Shown piece after piece: positions 1 through 9,302 of a stretch of 64,000 bases of DNA. Source of the DNA: Pseudomonadota bacterium. GTDB lineage: Bacteria; Bdellovibrionota; UBA1018; CAIMNF01. Location of the stretch: positions 170 to 64,169 of the forward strand of contig JAIXWV010000035.1 in NCBI GenBank assembly GCA_027491115.1, read 5' to 3'. A model generated the notes under the pieces. That model was not told the origin of the DNA. It did no database searches and saw only the letters and a program-made list of their open reading frames with translations. Position 1 is the stretch's first letter. Every line of letters begins with the position of its first letter. The position numbers were made by a program, and so were the translations under genes.

Positions 1-2
1 AT

Positions 3-545
3 CTACCCGGATCGGATGTGGTCGCCATCCGAGGTGAGGCGGTGATCGAAGAGAGCATGCCACGAATCGTGGGTGTACTCGAAAACGTCGAGCGCGGGAA
101 AGAATGGATGGCCGACATCGCTGAGAGCTACAACATCGAAAAGCACACTGAAACGGACCGGTGGGAATACAACCGCACCAAGACTCCCTGGCCCCTTCAA
201 GACCGGGATTTTGTGATCCATACACAGACTCGCTTCACAAAAGATCCGGAACCCCGTCTGATCATCGAAATGACTTCAGGTGAGAACCGAAAAAAGCCCG
301 CCCAGTCCGGAGTGGTTCGGGGCGAGCTGATCGACAGTCGTTTCATCCTCAAATATATCGACGCGAAGAGAACCCATTTGACCTGTGAGATCCAGGCGGA
401 TCCGAAAGGGGTCATTCCGAAATGGGTGGTCAACCTGTTCCAAAGCCATTGGCCGGTCGACACCATCCAGGGACTGAAAAAGCAGCTTCGTAAACCTGAT
501 ATTGTCGAGAATCAGAATCTGGCTCGACTCCTCGAGAAGCACTGA
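3..545 (+). CDS. START-domain (lipid-binding) protein, 5' truncated by window edge
   Basis: Motifs PWPLQDRDFV and DPKGVIPKWVVN typical of START/SRPBCC proteins; frame is open to the window start. Confidence 0.85.
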   Translation, partial: LPGSDVVAIRGEAVIEESMPRIVGVLENVERGKEWMADIAESYNIEKHTETDRWEYNRTKTPWPLQDRDFVIHTQTRFTKDPEPRLIIEMTSGENRKKPAQSGVVRGELIDSRFILKYIDAKRTHLTCEIQADPKGVIPKWVVNLFQSHWPVDTIQGLKKQLRKPDIVENQNLARLLEKH

Positions 546-707
546 ACTGAGCCAAACACAACCCTCGACCCGCCAATAGCGCTCTATTGACGTACTATGT
601 GCTCCAAATGACCCCGAAACCGCACGTTCCTCTAAGCTGATATGATGAACGGACGGCTCGGTCATGATTCTGAAACCCAAGTACCTGAAAAAGGCCTTTA
701 GCCCAAT

Positions 708-1400
708 TTACAGAATGCGGACTGGGATCTCGGACTCCATCACCATTCCCGCATTGATTCCAACCCGGAAGGCTTTCTTCCCCGGTAGGGCACTGATCGC
801 CTGGTGAAAACGCTCATCCACAAAATGAAGAGCCACCCCGTTCTGCGCGGCGTATCCGCCTGGCAGACTCCCGCTTTTCATTAAATCCAGAAACGAATCT
901 CGCCTACCCGGCTCGTCATAATGGGGACAATGACTGCCATTCAACCACCCGAGACACTTCATCGCCGTGAGTCTACCGGGAATGGAGTCCGTCACTCCAT
1001 TCTCATACCAACATAAACTTCCCGCACTTCCGCCAGCAAGTACCACTCCCCGGTCGTACGCTGAACGAAGCACCGGCGCGAGGCCCCACTCCTCCCAAAG
1101 AACAAGCATGTTGCGGGTGTTTCCACCGGAGACGTAAATCACATCTTGATCATGGATCAGAGCACTCAGATCCTCACGATCGCCACGAAAAAGGCTCAAT
1201 ACCGATGTTCTAGCGCCCAGTCCCTCGAAAACTTCTTCGAACGCATCGATGATGAATTGGGCGTCACCAGAAGCGGTCGGAATAAGGCAAATCCGCGGGT
1301 TCAGGACCCCCGAGGTCCGCAGGATCTCTGCATAAAGTCCGGTGGTTTTCCGATCCTGGTAAAATCCGTTGTCGCCGATCGTGAACAGGTTCTTTTTCAT
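708..1400 (-). CDS. Peptidase E (S51 family)
   Basis: IPTASGD, IYVSGGNT, GGSAG nucleophile motif, CPHYD. Confidence 0.9.
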   Translation of the reverse strand: MKKNLFTIGDNGFYQDRKTTGLYAEILRTSGVLNPRICLIPTASGDAQFIIDAFEEVFEGLGARTSVLSLFRGDREDLSALIHDQDVIYVSGGNTRNMLVLWEEWGLAPVLRSAYDRGVVLAGGSAGSLCWYENGVTDSIPGRLTAMKCLGWLNGSHCPHYDEPGRRDSFLDLMKSGSLPGGYAAQNGVALHFVDERFHQAISALPGKKAFRVGINAGMVMESEIPVRIL

Positions 1401-2345
1401 TCAGATCGAGAAAAGAACTTTCTCCGGAGCCGTATTCCAGACTTTTGCGTTTTCGGTTAACCCGCTCTTGTTCTTATACGACTTCAAAACCCGGCTCAAG
1501 GAGTCCGCCTGAATCATCTGAAGCGTTGTCTTTTCTTTGGCCGAACAGTCTGAGCATGCCTCTGTGAGTTTCTTCAGAACCATAGCACCGATGGTATAGG
1601 GCCCGTTCAAGTTCTTTTCACATGCATAATACCCTTGGTAGGCATGCCCGACCGGGCACATGGCATGGGCGAAGCCCAGAGACTTCCCGTTACCGTCACT
1701 GTGACGGGCCTCATGGAAATAGGTCGAAAGCCGGCCTAACCGGTTGGCAGGAAGATCCACCCGTTCAGGATTGACCCGAAGCCGTTCGTGAAACAGACCC
1801 TCTCCGATTTGAACCAATCCACCGCGAGGAGTCCGAATCTCTATGACCTTTCCGTCCGAACCCTGAAGACCGAGCAACTTAGCATTGTTCTTGCCATACA
1901 TGTATATCGCCGTCCCCATGTTGGACATCACGACCATCGGCTTGAATGCAGGCTTGTTGGAGCCGTCCGTTGAAGCGGGTTTTGGGGTCGGTGTAGGCAC
2001 GGGAGCATCGATATCCGGCATGATACCCCCATTTTGATAGTATGCAGCCCGACTCACGATCCGCACGGACTTTTCAATATCGGTCTTCTCTGAAATCACG
2101 GCTTTCATGCGATTCGACAACCAGCTCTTCAATTGAGTTGCCGAAACTCTAGAAGTCTCGAACAGCTGCCGGGTAAGAAGATCATTTCCCTCATCCAGAA
2201 TCTGGAGGCGGTCCAGGTAACCGTAATCCTCGAGCATCACTTTTCTCTGCTCAGCCGGAACCGCAGGATCCATCTGAAAAGCAGAAGCGGTGTGCGGCAA
2301 TACTCCGACAAGCATGATTGCAGAAAGTGCTGGAATTGATTTCAT
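1401..2345 (-). CDS. Secreted hypothetical protein with HExxH motif (possible zinc metalloprotease)
   Basis: Signal peptide MKSIPAL...ASA; FHEARH motif; start moved to ATG at 2345. Confidence 0.6.
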   Translation of the reverse strand: MKSIPALSAIMLVGVLPHTASAFQMDPAVPAEQRKVMLEDYGYLDRLQILDEGNDLLTRQLFETSRVSATQLKSWLSNRMKAVISEKTDIEKSVRIVSRAAYYQNGGIMPDIDAPVPTPTPKPASTDGSNKPAFKPMVVMSNMGTAIYMYGKNNAKLLGLQGSDGKVIEIRTPRGGLVQIGEGLFHERLRVNPERVDLPANRLGRLSTYFHEARHSDGNGKSLGFAHAMCPVGHAYQGYYACEKNLNGPYTIGAMVLKKLTEACSDCSAKEKTTLQMIQADSLSRVLKSYKNKSGLTENAKVWNTAPEKVLFSI

Positions 2346-2461
2346 GAGATCCTCCGCCCGAATCGGGCAGCCAGTTTTTAGCACGCCGCGTCAATCAATG
2401 CCAGACTTATTCCTCTTAAATTGCTTTTTGCGTCAAAACGATTTCAGTTTATGCTCCCCGA

Positions 2462-2824
2462 ATGTTTGATCCGAGCAAATTGAGTCCCGAGGCCATTTCC
2501 GAAATCAGCTCCTTGATGCGACAACTGAAACCCGAGCAGATGATGCGCCTGCAGACCCTGATGCATAATTCTCTGGCCGGATTCGATGTCGCAAAAGAAA
2601 TGCAGGCATTCGAATCGGAGCTCCCTGCGGGATTCCGGGAAGGCATGGCCCGGGTGCTCTACCTGACACAGGGAATTGCAGTTCACCCGAAGCCGGCCGT
2701 CAACGAACCCGCTGCGGGTGAAGCCCTCCCCAACACCGAGGAGGAGGCTCGTCTGGTGATTCTTCGATCGGTGGCCAGTGGAATGATCAGCCCTGAAGAG
2801 GCCCTCAAGGTTCTCTTCCCATGA
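2462..2824 (+). CDS. Hypothetical protein
   Basis: 120-aa ORF; C-terminal ILRSVASGMISPEEALKVL resembles a SHOCT-like tail. Confidence 0.6.
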   Translation: MFDPSKLSPEAISEISSLMRQLKPEQMMRLQTLMHNSLAGFDVAKEMQAFESELPAGFREGMARVLYLTQGIAVHPKPAVNEPAAGEALPNTEEEARLVILRSVASGMISPEEALKVLFP

Positions 2825-2862
2825 TTTGATTTTTTTCACCCTCGGGAGTTAGACTTCATCCT

Positions 2863-3450
2863 ATGAACACCATTTTGATCTGCCTTCTGACCCTCATCGG
2901 TTCAACCCCCGTCCTTGCCGCCAAGGCAAAAGAGGCCAAAGACCCGGTCGCCGTAATCCAAACTTCGATGGGTACCATCAAGGTGCGCCTCTTCAAGAGC
3001 AAGGCTCCGATCACCGTCGAAAACTTCATCGGGCTCGCGACAGGGAAGAAAGAATGGACCGATCCGAAAACCAACAAAAAGGTGAAAGGGAAATCCCTTT
3101 ATGCCGGTACTGTTTTCCACCGGGTGATCCCGGGCTTCATGATCCAGGGTGGTGATCCTCTCGGTCAGGGCATCGGTGGTCCGGGGTACCAGTTCCAGGA
3201 CGAGGTCAGCCCTCTCGACAGCTTTGCCAACCCGGGGATTCTGGCCATGGCCAACGCCGGACCCAATACAAACGGATCTCAGTTTTTCATCACCGTGGCA
3301 CCGACCCCCCATTTGAATGGTCGCCATACCATTTTCGGTGAAGTCATCTCCGGTCTGGACGTTGCGAACAAGATCGCCGGAGTTCCCCGCGACGGCATGG
3401 ACAAGCCCAATAAAGACGTGAAAGTCGTCAGTATCAAGATCCAGAATTGA
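2863..3450 (+). CDS. Cyclophilin-type peptidyl-prolyl cis-trans isomerase (exported)
   Basis: FHRVIPGFMIQGGDP, LAMANAGPNTNGSQFFIT, HTIFGEV; N-terminal signal peptide. Confidence 0.97.
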   Translation: MNTILICLLTLIGSTPVLAAKAKEAKDPVAVIQTSMGTIKVRLFKSKAPITVENFIGLATGKKEWTDPKTNKKVKGKSLYAGTVFHRVIPGFMIQGGDPLGQGIGGPGYQFQDEVSPLDSFANPGILAMANAGPNTNGSQFFITVAPTPHLNGRHTIFGEVISGLDVANKIAGVPRDGMDKPNKDVKVVSIKIQN

Positions 3451-3499
3451 TTCAGGGATTCTCTTGTTTTCACGATCAGGGTCGGGTAGGTTCCCGGCC

Positions 3500-4318
3500 A
3501 TGACTTTGCGCGTTCTTTTTTTATCTGCACTGCTGTCATCCTCCTCCTCCCTGGCAAGTTTGCCCTGCGAGGGTGAAAAGGCAGAATTGCTCATTTTGGG
3601 TGATTCACAAACAGGTGCGAATTGGACTACGTCTTATTTCGGAAACTTCATTCAAAAGTGCCTGGCCCGACAGGGATCGTCTTTCGTGTCATATGCACGA
3701 GGCGGGACTCAACCCATTCACTGGATGAACCACTCCGGTCTCGACCGGATCGATACTGTTTTCCGGAGTCCTTCCGAGCCGCACCTGAATCTCGGTGGTG
3801 ACTCCGCCCCAATCTGCAAAAAACGCCTCGTGCAACTGATCGGGATCCACCAACCCTCCCGGGTCCTCCTTTTCTTCGGCGACAATCTTCTTTCTGCAAG
3901 TACTGATGAGATTCGGAAGCAATTCCGAGAAATGATCAGGATTTTGGAAAATAAGGGCATCCGTGGAGAGAACTGCATCCTCCTCACTCCCACTTATGAA
4001 ATGGCCGTGGCATCCAAAAGGAATATTCCGTCAAAGAATCTCGAGAACACCTTGAAAGTACTCCGGGCGGTTCAAACCGAGGTGGCAGCCCGGTGCCGGA
4101 TCATCAACGGCCTCGAGATCATGAAGGACAGTCCACTCCTGAAGGGCGACATCCTTGCACGTGAAGCGGTTGAGGGAACCTCCGGCTGTTTCGGCCCTGC
4201 GGCCAATGACAACATCCACTATTGCGGCAAAGCCGCACAGGAGCTTGCCGAGAAAGTCTGTGAAACCGTCACCGGCAATTCGAAATCCGACGCCCCAGAG
4301 AACGGTAAGCTTTTCTGA
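3500..4318 (+). CDS. Secreted SGNH/GDSL hydrolase
   Basis: Block I ILGDSQ, block III FGDN, block V DNIHY; signal peptide. Confidence 0.75.
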   Translation: MTLRVLFLSALLSSSSSLASLPCEGEKAELLILGDSQTGANWTTSYFGNFIQKCLARQGSSFVSYARGGTQPIHWMNHSGLDRIDTVFRSPSEPHLNLGGDSAPICKKRLVQLIGIHQPSRVLLFFGDNLLSASTDEIRKQFREMIRILENKGIRGENCILLTPTYEMAVASKRNIPSKNLENTLKVLRAVQTEVAARCRIINGLEIMKDSPLLKGDILAREAVEGTSGCFGPAANDNIHYCGKAAQELAEKVCETVTGNSKSDAPENGKLF

Positions 4319-4649
4319 AAGCCGAAGCATAATCCTGGATTCCACACCACTGTGTGAAACAGATTTTCTCCTCGGTGATTTGCAGACTCCCGAATCTCAT
4401 TTCGGCCCGGGCCCGATGAAACCGACCTTCTACTTCCTGCCCGGACACCGTCAACACCAGATCGGAAGTCGAGGGATCGATTACCTCGACATAGCCTCTC
4501 GGAGTGAGAATCGATTCAAAATCGAATTGAATGGCATAGCCCGAGCTGTGGAGAAACTCCTTTTCAGGGATGTACACGCGGCATTCGGCCAAGGTCACCC
4601 CTGGCAACAAAAACAAAACCAATCCGGTTAAAACTTTGGCAATTCTCAT
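4269..4649 (-). CDS. Small secreted hypothetical protein
   Basis: Signal peptide MRIAKVLTGLVLFLLPGVTLA; paired cysteines. Confidence 0.6.
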   Translation of the reverse strand: MRIAKVLTGLVLFLLPGVTLAECRVYIPEKEFLHSSGYAIQFDFESILTPRGYVEVIDPSTSDLVLTVSGQEVEGRFHRARAEMRFGSLQITEEKICFTQWCGIQDYASAFRKAYRSLGRRISNCR

Positions 4650-4686
4650 TCGGGAAAGAGTAACATCAATCCGCTGAAAAAAGGAA

Positions 4687-4713
4687 GCGGGCCACAGGAA
4701 CCCTGTGACCCGC
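4687..4713 (-). terminator. Probable intrinsic terminator
   Basis: Hairpin GCGGGCCACAGG-AA-CCCTGTGACCCGC followed on the - strand by TTCCTTTTTT, just downstream of the 4737-5489 gene. Confidence 0.65.
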
Positions 4714-4736
4714 TCGATTCTTGATTTTTGTTAGGA

Positions 4737-5489
4737 TTAGTTCGCCTTACCGTTCAGGTCTGCATCTTCCTCGGTTTGGGACTCAGATCCGGGGAAGCTC
4801 ACCGGGCGCTCGGTCGGCATTTGACGGTGGGACACTGCTACGTTTTGATTGCACTGGGAGCTCTTCAGAATGCGCTGGATCTCGTGTTCCTGGCGCTCAG
4901 ACTTGGAATTGTCGACATCTGCAACCAGGGCACCGAGATCGGCAAGACCTTTGCCGAGCCTCTGGAAGAACTTACGCTTTCCGCAATTTTCCTCGCGGAT
5001 CGATTTTGCAAGTGAGCGAAGACCTTTTTCGGACTCACGAGCAGCATCTCTCAAAGCGTTACGGGCTTCGATCGCCTGCTGGAGCTCGACTTCACCCACT
5101 GCCAGTTCCTTCTCATCACTTGCCAACTCATCTTCGATCCTAGCGATCCGGTCGGCGCGATCCTTCGCGGTCACCTTCCTTGCATCACGGGCAGCATCAG
5201 ATGCACCCATGTCGCGGTCTGAAATCTTATCTTCCAATCGCTGGTCCTTCTCGATCTTGCGGATCAAGCGTTCCCTCTGGTTCATGATCTCTTTTTTGGC
5301 ACGAACGGCGACTCGCTTTGCTTCCACCACTCGCTCGGCTGCATCCAACTTGACCTGCAATTCACGGAGGTCATCAGCCTGACTTTGCAATTGGGTACCG
5401 GGATCTGCAAATGCCGACGGAATTGGGGCACCGGCCATCAAGGACACCACCACGACCAAGGAACCTAAGAACGACTTCTGATTCATCAT
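4737..5489 (-). CDS. Secreted coiled-coil protein
   Basis: Signal peptide from MMNQKSFLG; long E/K/R/A heptad-rich region. Confidence 0.7.
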   Translation of the reverse strand: MMNQKSFLGSLVVVVSLMAGAPIPSAFADPGTQLQSQADDLRELQVKLDAAERVVEAKRVAVRAKKEIMNQRERLIRKIEKDQRLEDKISDRDMGASDAARDARKVTAKDRADRIARIEDELASDEKELAVGEVELQQAIEARNALRDAARESEKGLRSLAKSIREENCGKRKFFQRLGKGLADLGALVADVDNSKSERQEHEIQRILKSSQCNQNVAVSHRQMPTERPVSFPGSESQTEEDADLNGKAN

Positions 5490-5501
5490 GCATAGACATA
5501 A

Positions 5502-5518
5502 AGCAAACAAGGTGCCAA
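5502..5518 (-). promoter_or_regulatory. Possible sigma-54 (-24/-12) promoter
   Basis: Minus strand reads TTGGCACCTTGTTTGCT, matching TGGCAC-N5-TTGCW, immediately upstream of the coiled-coil gene. Confidence 0.45.
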
Positions 5519-5752
5519 ATAGCCCTGAGGCCAGATCACGTTTTTTTCCTGTGATTACAAACACTGAAATCGGGAGCTCAACGAAGCTCATTTCATCATC
5601 TGAGTCTTCCACTGACAGCTGTCCAAGAAATTGACGGACCGGAGTGAAAGGCGTTTGGATTGGGTCTTGTGAATTTTGCGAGTTTTGAGAGAATCAGGGT
5701 CGTCGGCTCTTTTGTTTTTGCCGCTTCTCATAAGAAGGAAAAGGATTTCCTC

Positions 5753-6199
5753 ATGAATAACAAGCAGATCAAGCCCGAAGCCTACCCGCTCATCATCCAG
5801 GTGGTCCACAACCACTTGATGATTTACTCTCCCGACTTCAATTACCGGGTCGTCGAAACTTGGCGACCCCATGACATCGGGCAAACAGAGATGATGGTGC
5901 TGAAGATCCGTAAGGAGCTTTCCTATCGCCTCCAACTTTCATCGGGTCGGAACACCTCCCCTCCCCTGCCCAGCTCCCCCTCTTCTCTTCACCTTGTCGA
6001 GGATCAGGATTGGATCTCAACCCGAGACACCGCTCGCCTTCTTCAAGTGTCCGAAGAAACTGTCCGTCGCCTTGCAGACCAAGGCGGTCTTGCGTGCAGA
6101 CTCACTCCGGGTGGACATCGTCGGTTCAATCGAAAGACGGTTTCTGACTACCTGAAGCGGTCGCATGACCACCTTCGGCCCCTGGAAGGCGAAGCCTGA
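5753..6199 (+). CDS. BldC/excisionase-type (HTH_17) DNA-binding protein with HicB-like N-terminal domain
   Basis: C-terminal STRDTARLLQVSEETVRRLADQGGL..LTPGGHRRF; N-terminal YPLII..IYSPDF..PPLPS pattern resembles HicB. Confidence 0.75.
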   Translation: MNNKQIKPEAYPLIIQVVHNHLMIYSPDFNYRVVETWRPHDIGQTEMMVLKIRKELSYRLQLSSGRNTSPPLPSSPSSLHLVEDQDWISTRDTARLLQVSEETVRRLADQGGLACRLTPGGHRRFNRKTVSDYLKRSHDHLRPLEGEA

Positions 6200-6204
6200 T
6201 ACAG

Positions 6205-6480
6205 CGCAAGTATCGGTTTTCATTTGCCTCATTCTGAGAATTCCGAGAAAAAAGAGAATCATTCTCCATTTTCTACTTCTCCGATTCGTACGAATCGTCC
6301 TTTTCGTAAGTATCGGGCGATTCCCACAATGATCCTTCATCCACCTCAACGGACGAGGCGTGCGAATCGCCTGAAGCTACTTATTCTGTCAAAAAAATAT
6401 CAGAGGAAGATTCGTCGGGTTCAATCTATTCTCACAGATAAGGAATGATTCGAAGTTTGAACGTTTCGTGAATTGCGAAC
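6205..6480. repeat. Repeat-rich intergenic region, candidate centromere/par operator
   Basis: GAGAA at 6236, 6245, 6254 (9-bp period), inverted TTCTC/TTCTA at 6262, 6271, 6277; perfect palindrome CGATTCGTACGAATCG 6282-6297; CGYAAGTATCGG at 6205 and 6305. Confidence 0.5.
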
Positions 6481-6499
6481 ACATCTCAAGGAGAGAGAA

Positions 6500-7267
6500 A
6501 TGAAAATCTTCACCGTTGCGAACTCGAAAGGGGGGTCGGGTAAAACGACCACCGCCTTCAATCTGGGCCATGAGTTGGCCCGCCTAGGTAAAAAAATCTT
6601 GATGGTGGATTTTGATCCCCAAGCGAGCCTCACCAATAGCTTCAAGGTGGAATTACCCCAAGATCAGATCTACATCGAGGATCTCGTATCGAAAGCAGGG
6701 CAGGGGAAGCTCTCCGTCGCGGACGCCATTGTCCAACCCAAACCAAACCTCTTTTTGATTCCGTCCACCGGCGCGCTCGGAAATCTCGAGAGCGAACTAA
6801 AGGGACCCTCCGGACTCGTGAGACTCCGAGAGTGCCTGAAAGGGATCATCCATCTGGGATTTGATGCGGTCATCATCGATCCTCCGGGCTCATCGGATGT
6901 TTTCATGTCGATGTCATTGCTTGCGGCAAACGAAGTCATCATCCCGACCAGGCCGACTGACACTGACATCACCACTTTGAAGGAATTTGTCCCGTTTGTA
7001 GAAGAACATCGGGCCCTGAACCCTACCCTCAACATCAGGGGAATCGTACTGAATCAGGTTCAAAGTTCTTCGAAAAATGCACAATTTTACCTGGACCGTC
7101 TCACCGAGATCGGTCTTGGAAGCTTGATCTTCAAGTCCAGCATTCGATCTGCAATCGACGCGGCAAACTCACTCGCCTACGGGCAGTGTTCATCTGAACA
7201 CAAACCCAAGGCACCCGTATCAAAAGACTATCAAGAACTCGCCCAGGAGGTGACACCATGGCTCTAG
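6500..7267 (+). CDS. parA: ParA-family partition ATPase (short form, no N-terminal HTH)
   Basis: Deviant Walker A KGGSGKTT, VDFDPQASLT, IIDPPG; RBS AGGAG upstream of ATG 6500. Confidence 0.95.
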   Translation: MKIFTVANSKGGSGKTTTAFNLGHELARLGKKILMVDFDPQASLTNSFKVELPQDQIYIEDLVSKAGQGKLSVADAIVQPKPNLFLIPSTGALGNLESELKGPSGLVRLRECLKGIIHLGFDAVIIDPPGSSDVFMSMSLLAANEVIIPTRPTDTDITTLKEFVPFVEEHRALNPTLNIRGIVLNQVQSSSKNAQFYLDRLTEIGLGSLIFKSSIRSAIDAANSLAYGQCSSEHKPKAPVSKDYQELAQEVTPWL

Positions 7268-7593
7268 ATCATAACGCAGGACAAAAAAGATCTGTCGGAT
7301 TGGCTCGCAACCTTTTCGCATCAACGGACATTGCCCAAACAGCCCCTAATGCGCCGGTTGCTGGATCATTACCAAAGAGTGAACCCGCTTCAACTTCCAA
7401 CCGTAAGGTCGACCTGACACAGGGCGGCCAGGCGCGAACCAAGAAGATATCTTTTCTTGCAGATCCCCGCCTGGAAGAGCGTTTCCGCAAGGCGAGACTC
7501 CGGGCTGGATTTGACAAGCTGGAAGATGCCTACAACGAGGCCATCAAGACCTTTTGTGATTTGGTCGATGCGGGGAAGATTGACCGTTTCTGA
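7258..7593 (+). CDS. Putative type Ib centromere-binding protein (ParG-like ribbon-helix-helix)
   Basis: Overlaps parA stop; low-complexity N-tail followed by a beta-alpha-alpha pattern KKISFLAD/PRLEERFRKARLRAG/LEDAYNEAIKTF. Confidence 0.7.
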   Translation: MALDHNAGQKRSVGLARNLFASTDIAQTAPNAPVAGSLPKSEPASTSNRKVDLTQGGQARTKKISFLADPRLEERFRKARLRAGFDKLEDAYNEAIKTFCDLVDAGKIDRF

Positions 7594-7652
7594 TCAGAAA
7601 TGAGCTCCGTTTTTAGCTAAAACCTTCTCCTGATTTCTGCTAAAAGTAGGGC

Positions 7653-9302
7653 ATGGCAAAATCCCGTCCTGACCTTCTCAAGTACTACCGTCTTGGAGGC
7701 CAAGAAATCGCGATCATCTCCGTATACGGAGTATTGATCGGGTTTTTGTCCTTGTCTATTCCCATTGCGGTACAAAGTCTCGTAAACTCGGTTGCATTCG
7801 GTTCTGTTTTGCTTCCGGTTTTCATACTTTCTTTAATGGTGTTCCTTGGACTCGGGTTCAGTGGAGCATTGAAATTAGCCCAGAGAAAAGTCGTTGAATG
7901 GATCACGATCAAGGTATTCTTCAAGACGACGATCGCTCTGGGTCGACACCTTCCCAGTCTGAAGGAAGAAGCTCTCGACACCACATATGACAGGACGTAC
8001 TTCTCCAGGTACCTCGAGCTTTTTTCGGTCCAAAAAAACCTAAGTGGCCTGTTGGTCGATCTTCTCGATTTTGTGCTGATCGTAGGATCAGGGATGTTGA
8101 TTGTAGCCTTGTATCACCCAGCATTCTTGGTGTTCGACATCCTGCTCGTATTCTCGCTGTTTTTTGTAGTCCGTGTGGTGGGCAAAGACGGAATCGACAC
8201 CAAGCTGGACGAATCGGAGAGCAAATACGACCTAGCAACGTGGATGATGAGCCTTTCTAGGCCGGCCGTGGCACTCCGGGGATTAAACGGGATCGAATTG
8301 GCACAAGAAAGAACCCAATCTCTCGCGGACACTTTCATCGAGACACGCTCCAAGCACTTTAAGGTGCTGTTTCGACAACAAGCCGGCTTCCTGCTGATTT
8401 CAGTACTTTCCTCTACTGCTCTACTCGGAGCAGGCGGGATACTTGTTTTCAATAATCAACTCTCGCTCGGCCAATTGGTCGCCGCCGAAATCATTCTCGC
8501 AGGAGTGCTCGCATCCATTGGTAAATTGGATAAAATCATGGAGAACTATTTCGGGATCGTGGCATCCATTGGAAAACTGGAAAGCCTATTCGCCATTCCA
8601 GCTGAAGAGATCAATGAATCAGGCCATTTCCCTGCAAAGCTCTCCGGGAAGATCCATTTGGATGGAATCAATTACCGTTACCCTGGGGGTTCGGAACTTT
8701 GGATCCCCATTCACCAAACCATTGCACCCGGAGCTAAAGTTGCCATCAAGGGTCCTTCAGGTTCAGGGAAAAGTACCCTCTTGGAACTCATTTATGGATT
8801 GCGCAACCCTTCAGAAGGTCAGCTCCTTTTTGACGACTTAAACTCTAAGGATCTACACCTAAAACGTTTTCGCGATTACATCGGTTTCACTTCAATTTTT
8901 CAGGTAATCCCCGGAACCCTTCTGGCGAACATAGAGCTTGGCAGAAGGGTCGATTTCCCTCATCTGACATCCCTAGTGCGGGATCTCGCACTTGAGGAGT
9001 CAATATCCGCTCTACCGAACGGTTATCAAACAGAACTAGAACCTGTAGCCCTTCCGTTCTCAGTCGGACAGAAGGCTCGCTTTTCACTCCTCAGAGCGTT
9101 GGCGCACTCTCCCGAAATTCTGATCATCGATGAATCTCTCGATCAAATTGACCCCGATCTCCAGGATCGGGTTTGGGAAGTCATCCGGGCCAGGATGAAG
9201 GGCAAGACCGTTTTGATCGCCACACATGACGAAAGAATTGTGAAGAAATGTGATCAGATCATTGAACTTAGAAGATCCCGGAATGTGGGAGGTGACACAT
9301 GA
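7653..9302 (+). CDS. Type I secretion/export ABC transporter (TMD + ATPase)
   Basis: Multiple TM helices, LSLGQLVAAE, Walker A GPSGSGKST, signature FSVGQ, ILIIDE, H-loop ATH. Confidence 0.92.
   Translation: MAKSRPDLLKYYRLGGQEIAIISVYGVLIGFLSLSIPIAVQSLVNSVAFGSVLLPVFILSLMVFLGLGFSGALKLAQRKVVEWITIKVFFKTTIALGRHLPSLKEEALDTTYDRTYFSRYLELFSVQKNLSGLLVDLLDFVLIVGSGMLIVALYHPAFLVFDILLVFSLFFVVRVVGKDGIDTKLDESESKYDLATWMMSLSRPAVALRGLNGIELAQERTQSLADTFIETRSKHFKVLFRQQAGFLLISVLSSTALLGAGGILVFNNQLSLGQLVAAEIILAGVLASIGKLDKIMENYFGIVASIGKLESLFAIPAEEINESGHFPAKLSGKIHLDGINYRYPGGSELWIPIHQTIAPGAKVAIKGPSGSGKSTLLELIYGLRNPSEGQLLFDDLNSKDLHLKRFRDYIGFTSIFQVIPGTLLANIELGRRVDFPHLTSLVRDLALEESISALPNGYQTELEPVALPFSVGQKARFSLLRALAHSPEILIIDESLDQIDPDLQDRVWEVIRARMKGKTVLIATHDERIVKKCDQIIELRRSRNVGGDT

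Noticed and set aside
2902-3594. Long antisense ORFs such as 2902-3594, 18947-19678 and 30256-31140
   Set aside because: They lie opposite better-supported genes and are typical antisense shadows.
6224-6448. 74-aa basic ORF upstream of parA
   Set aside because: TTG start without a clear RBS, overlaps the repeat and palindrome region; more likely non-coding.
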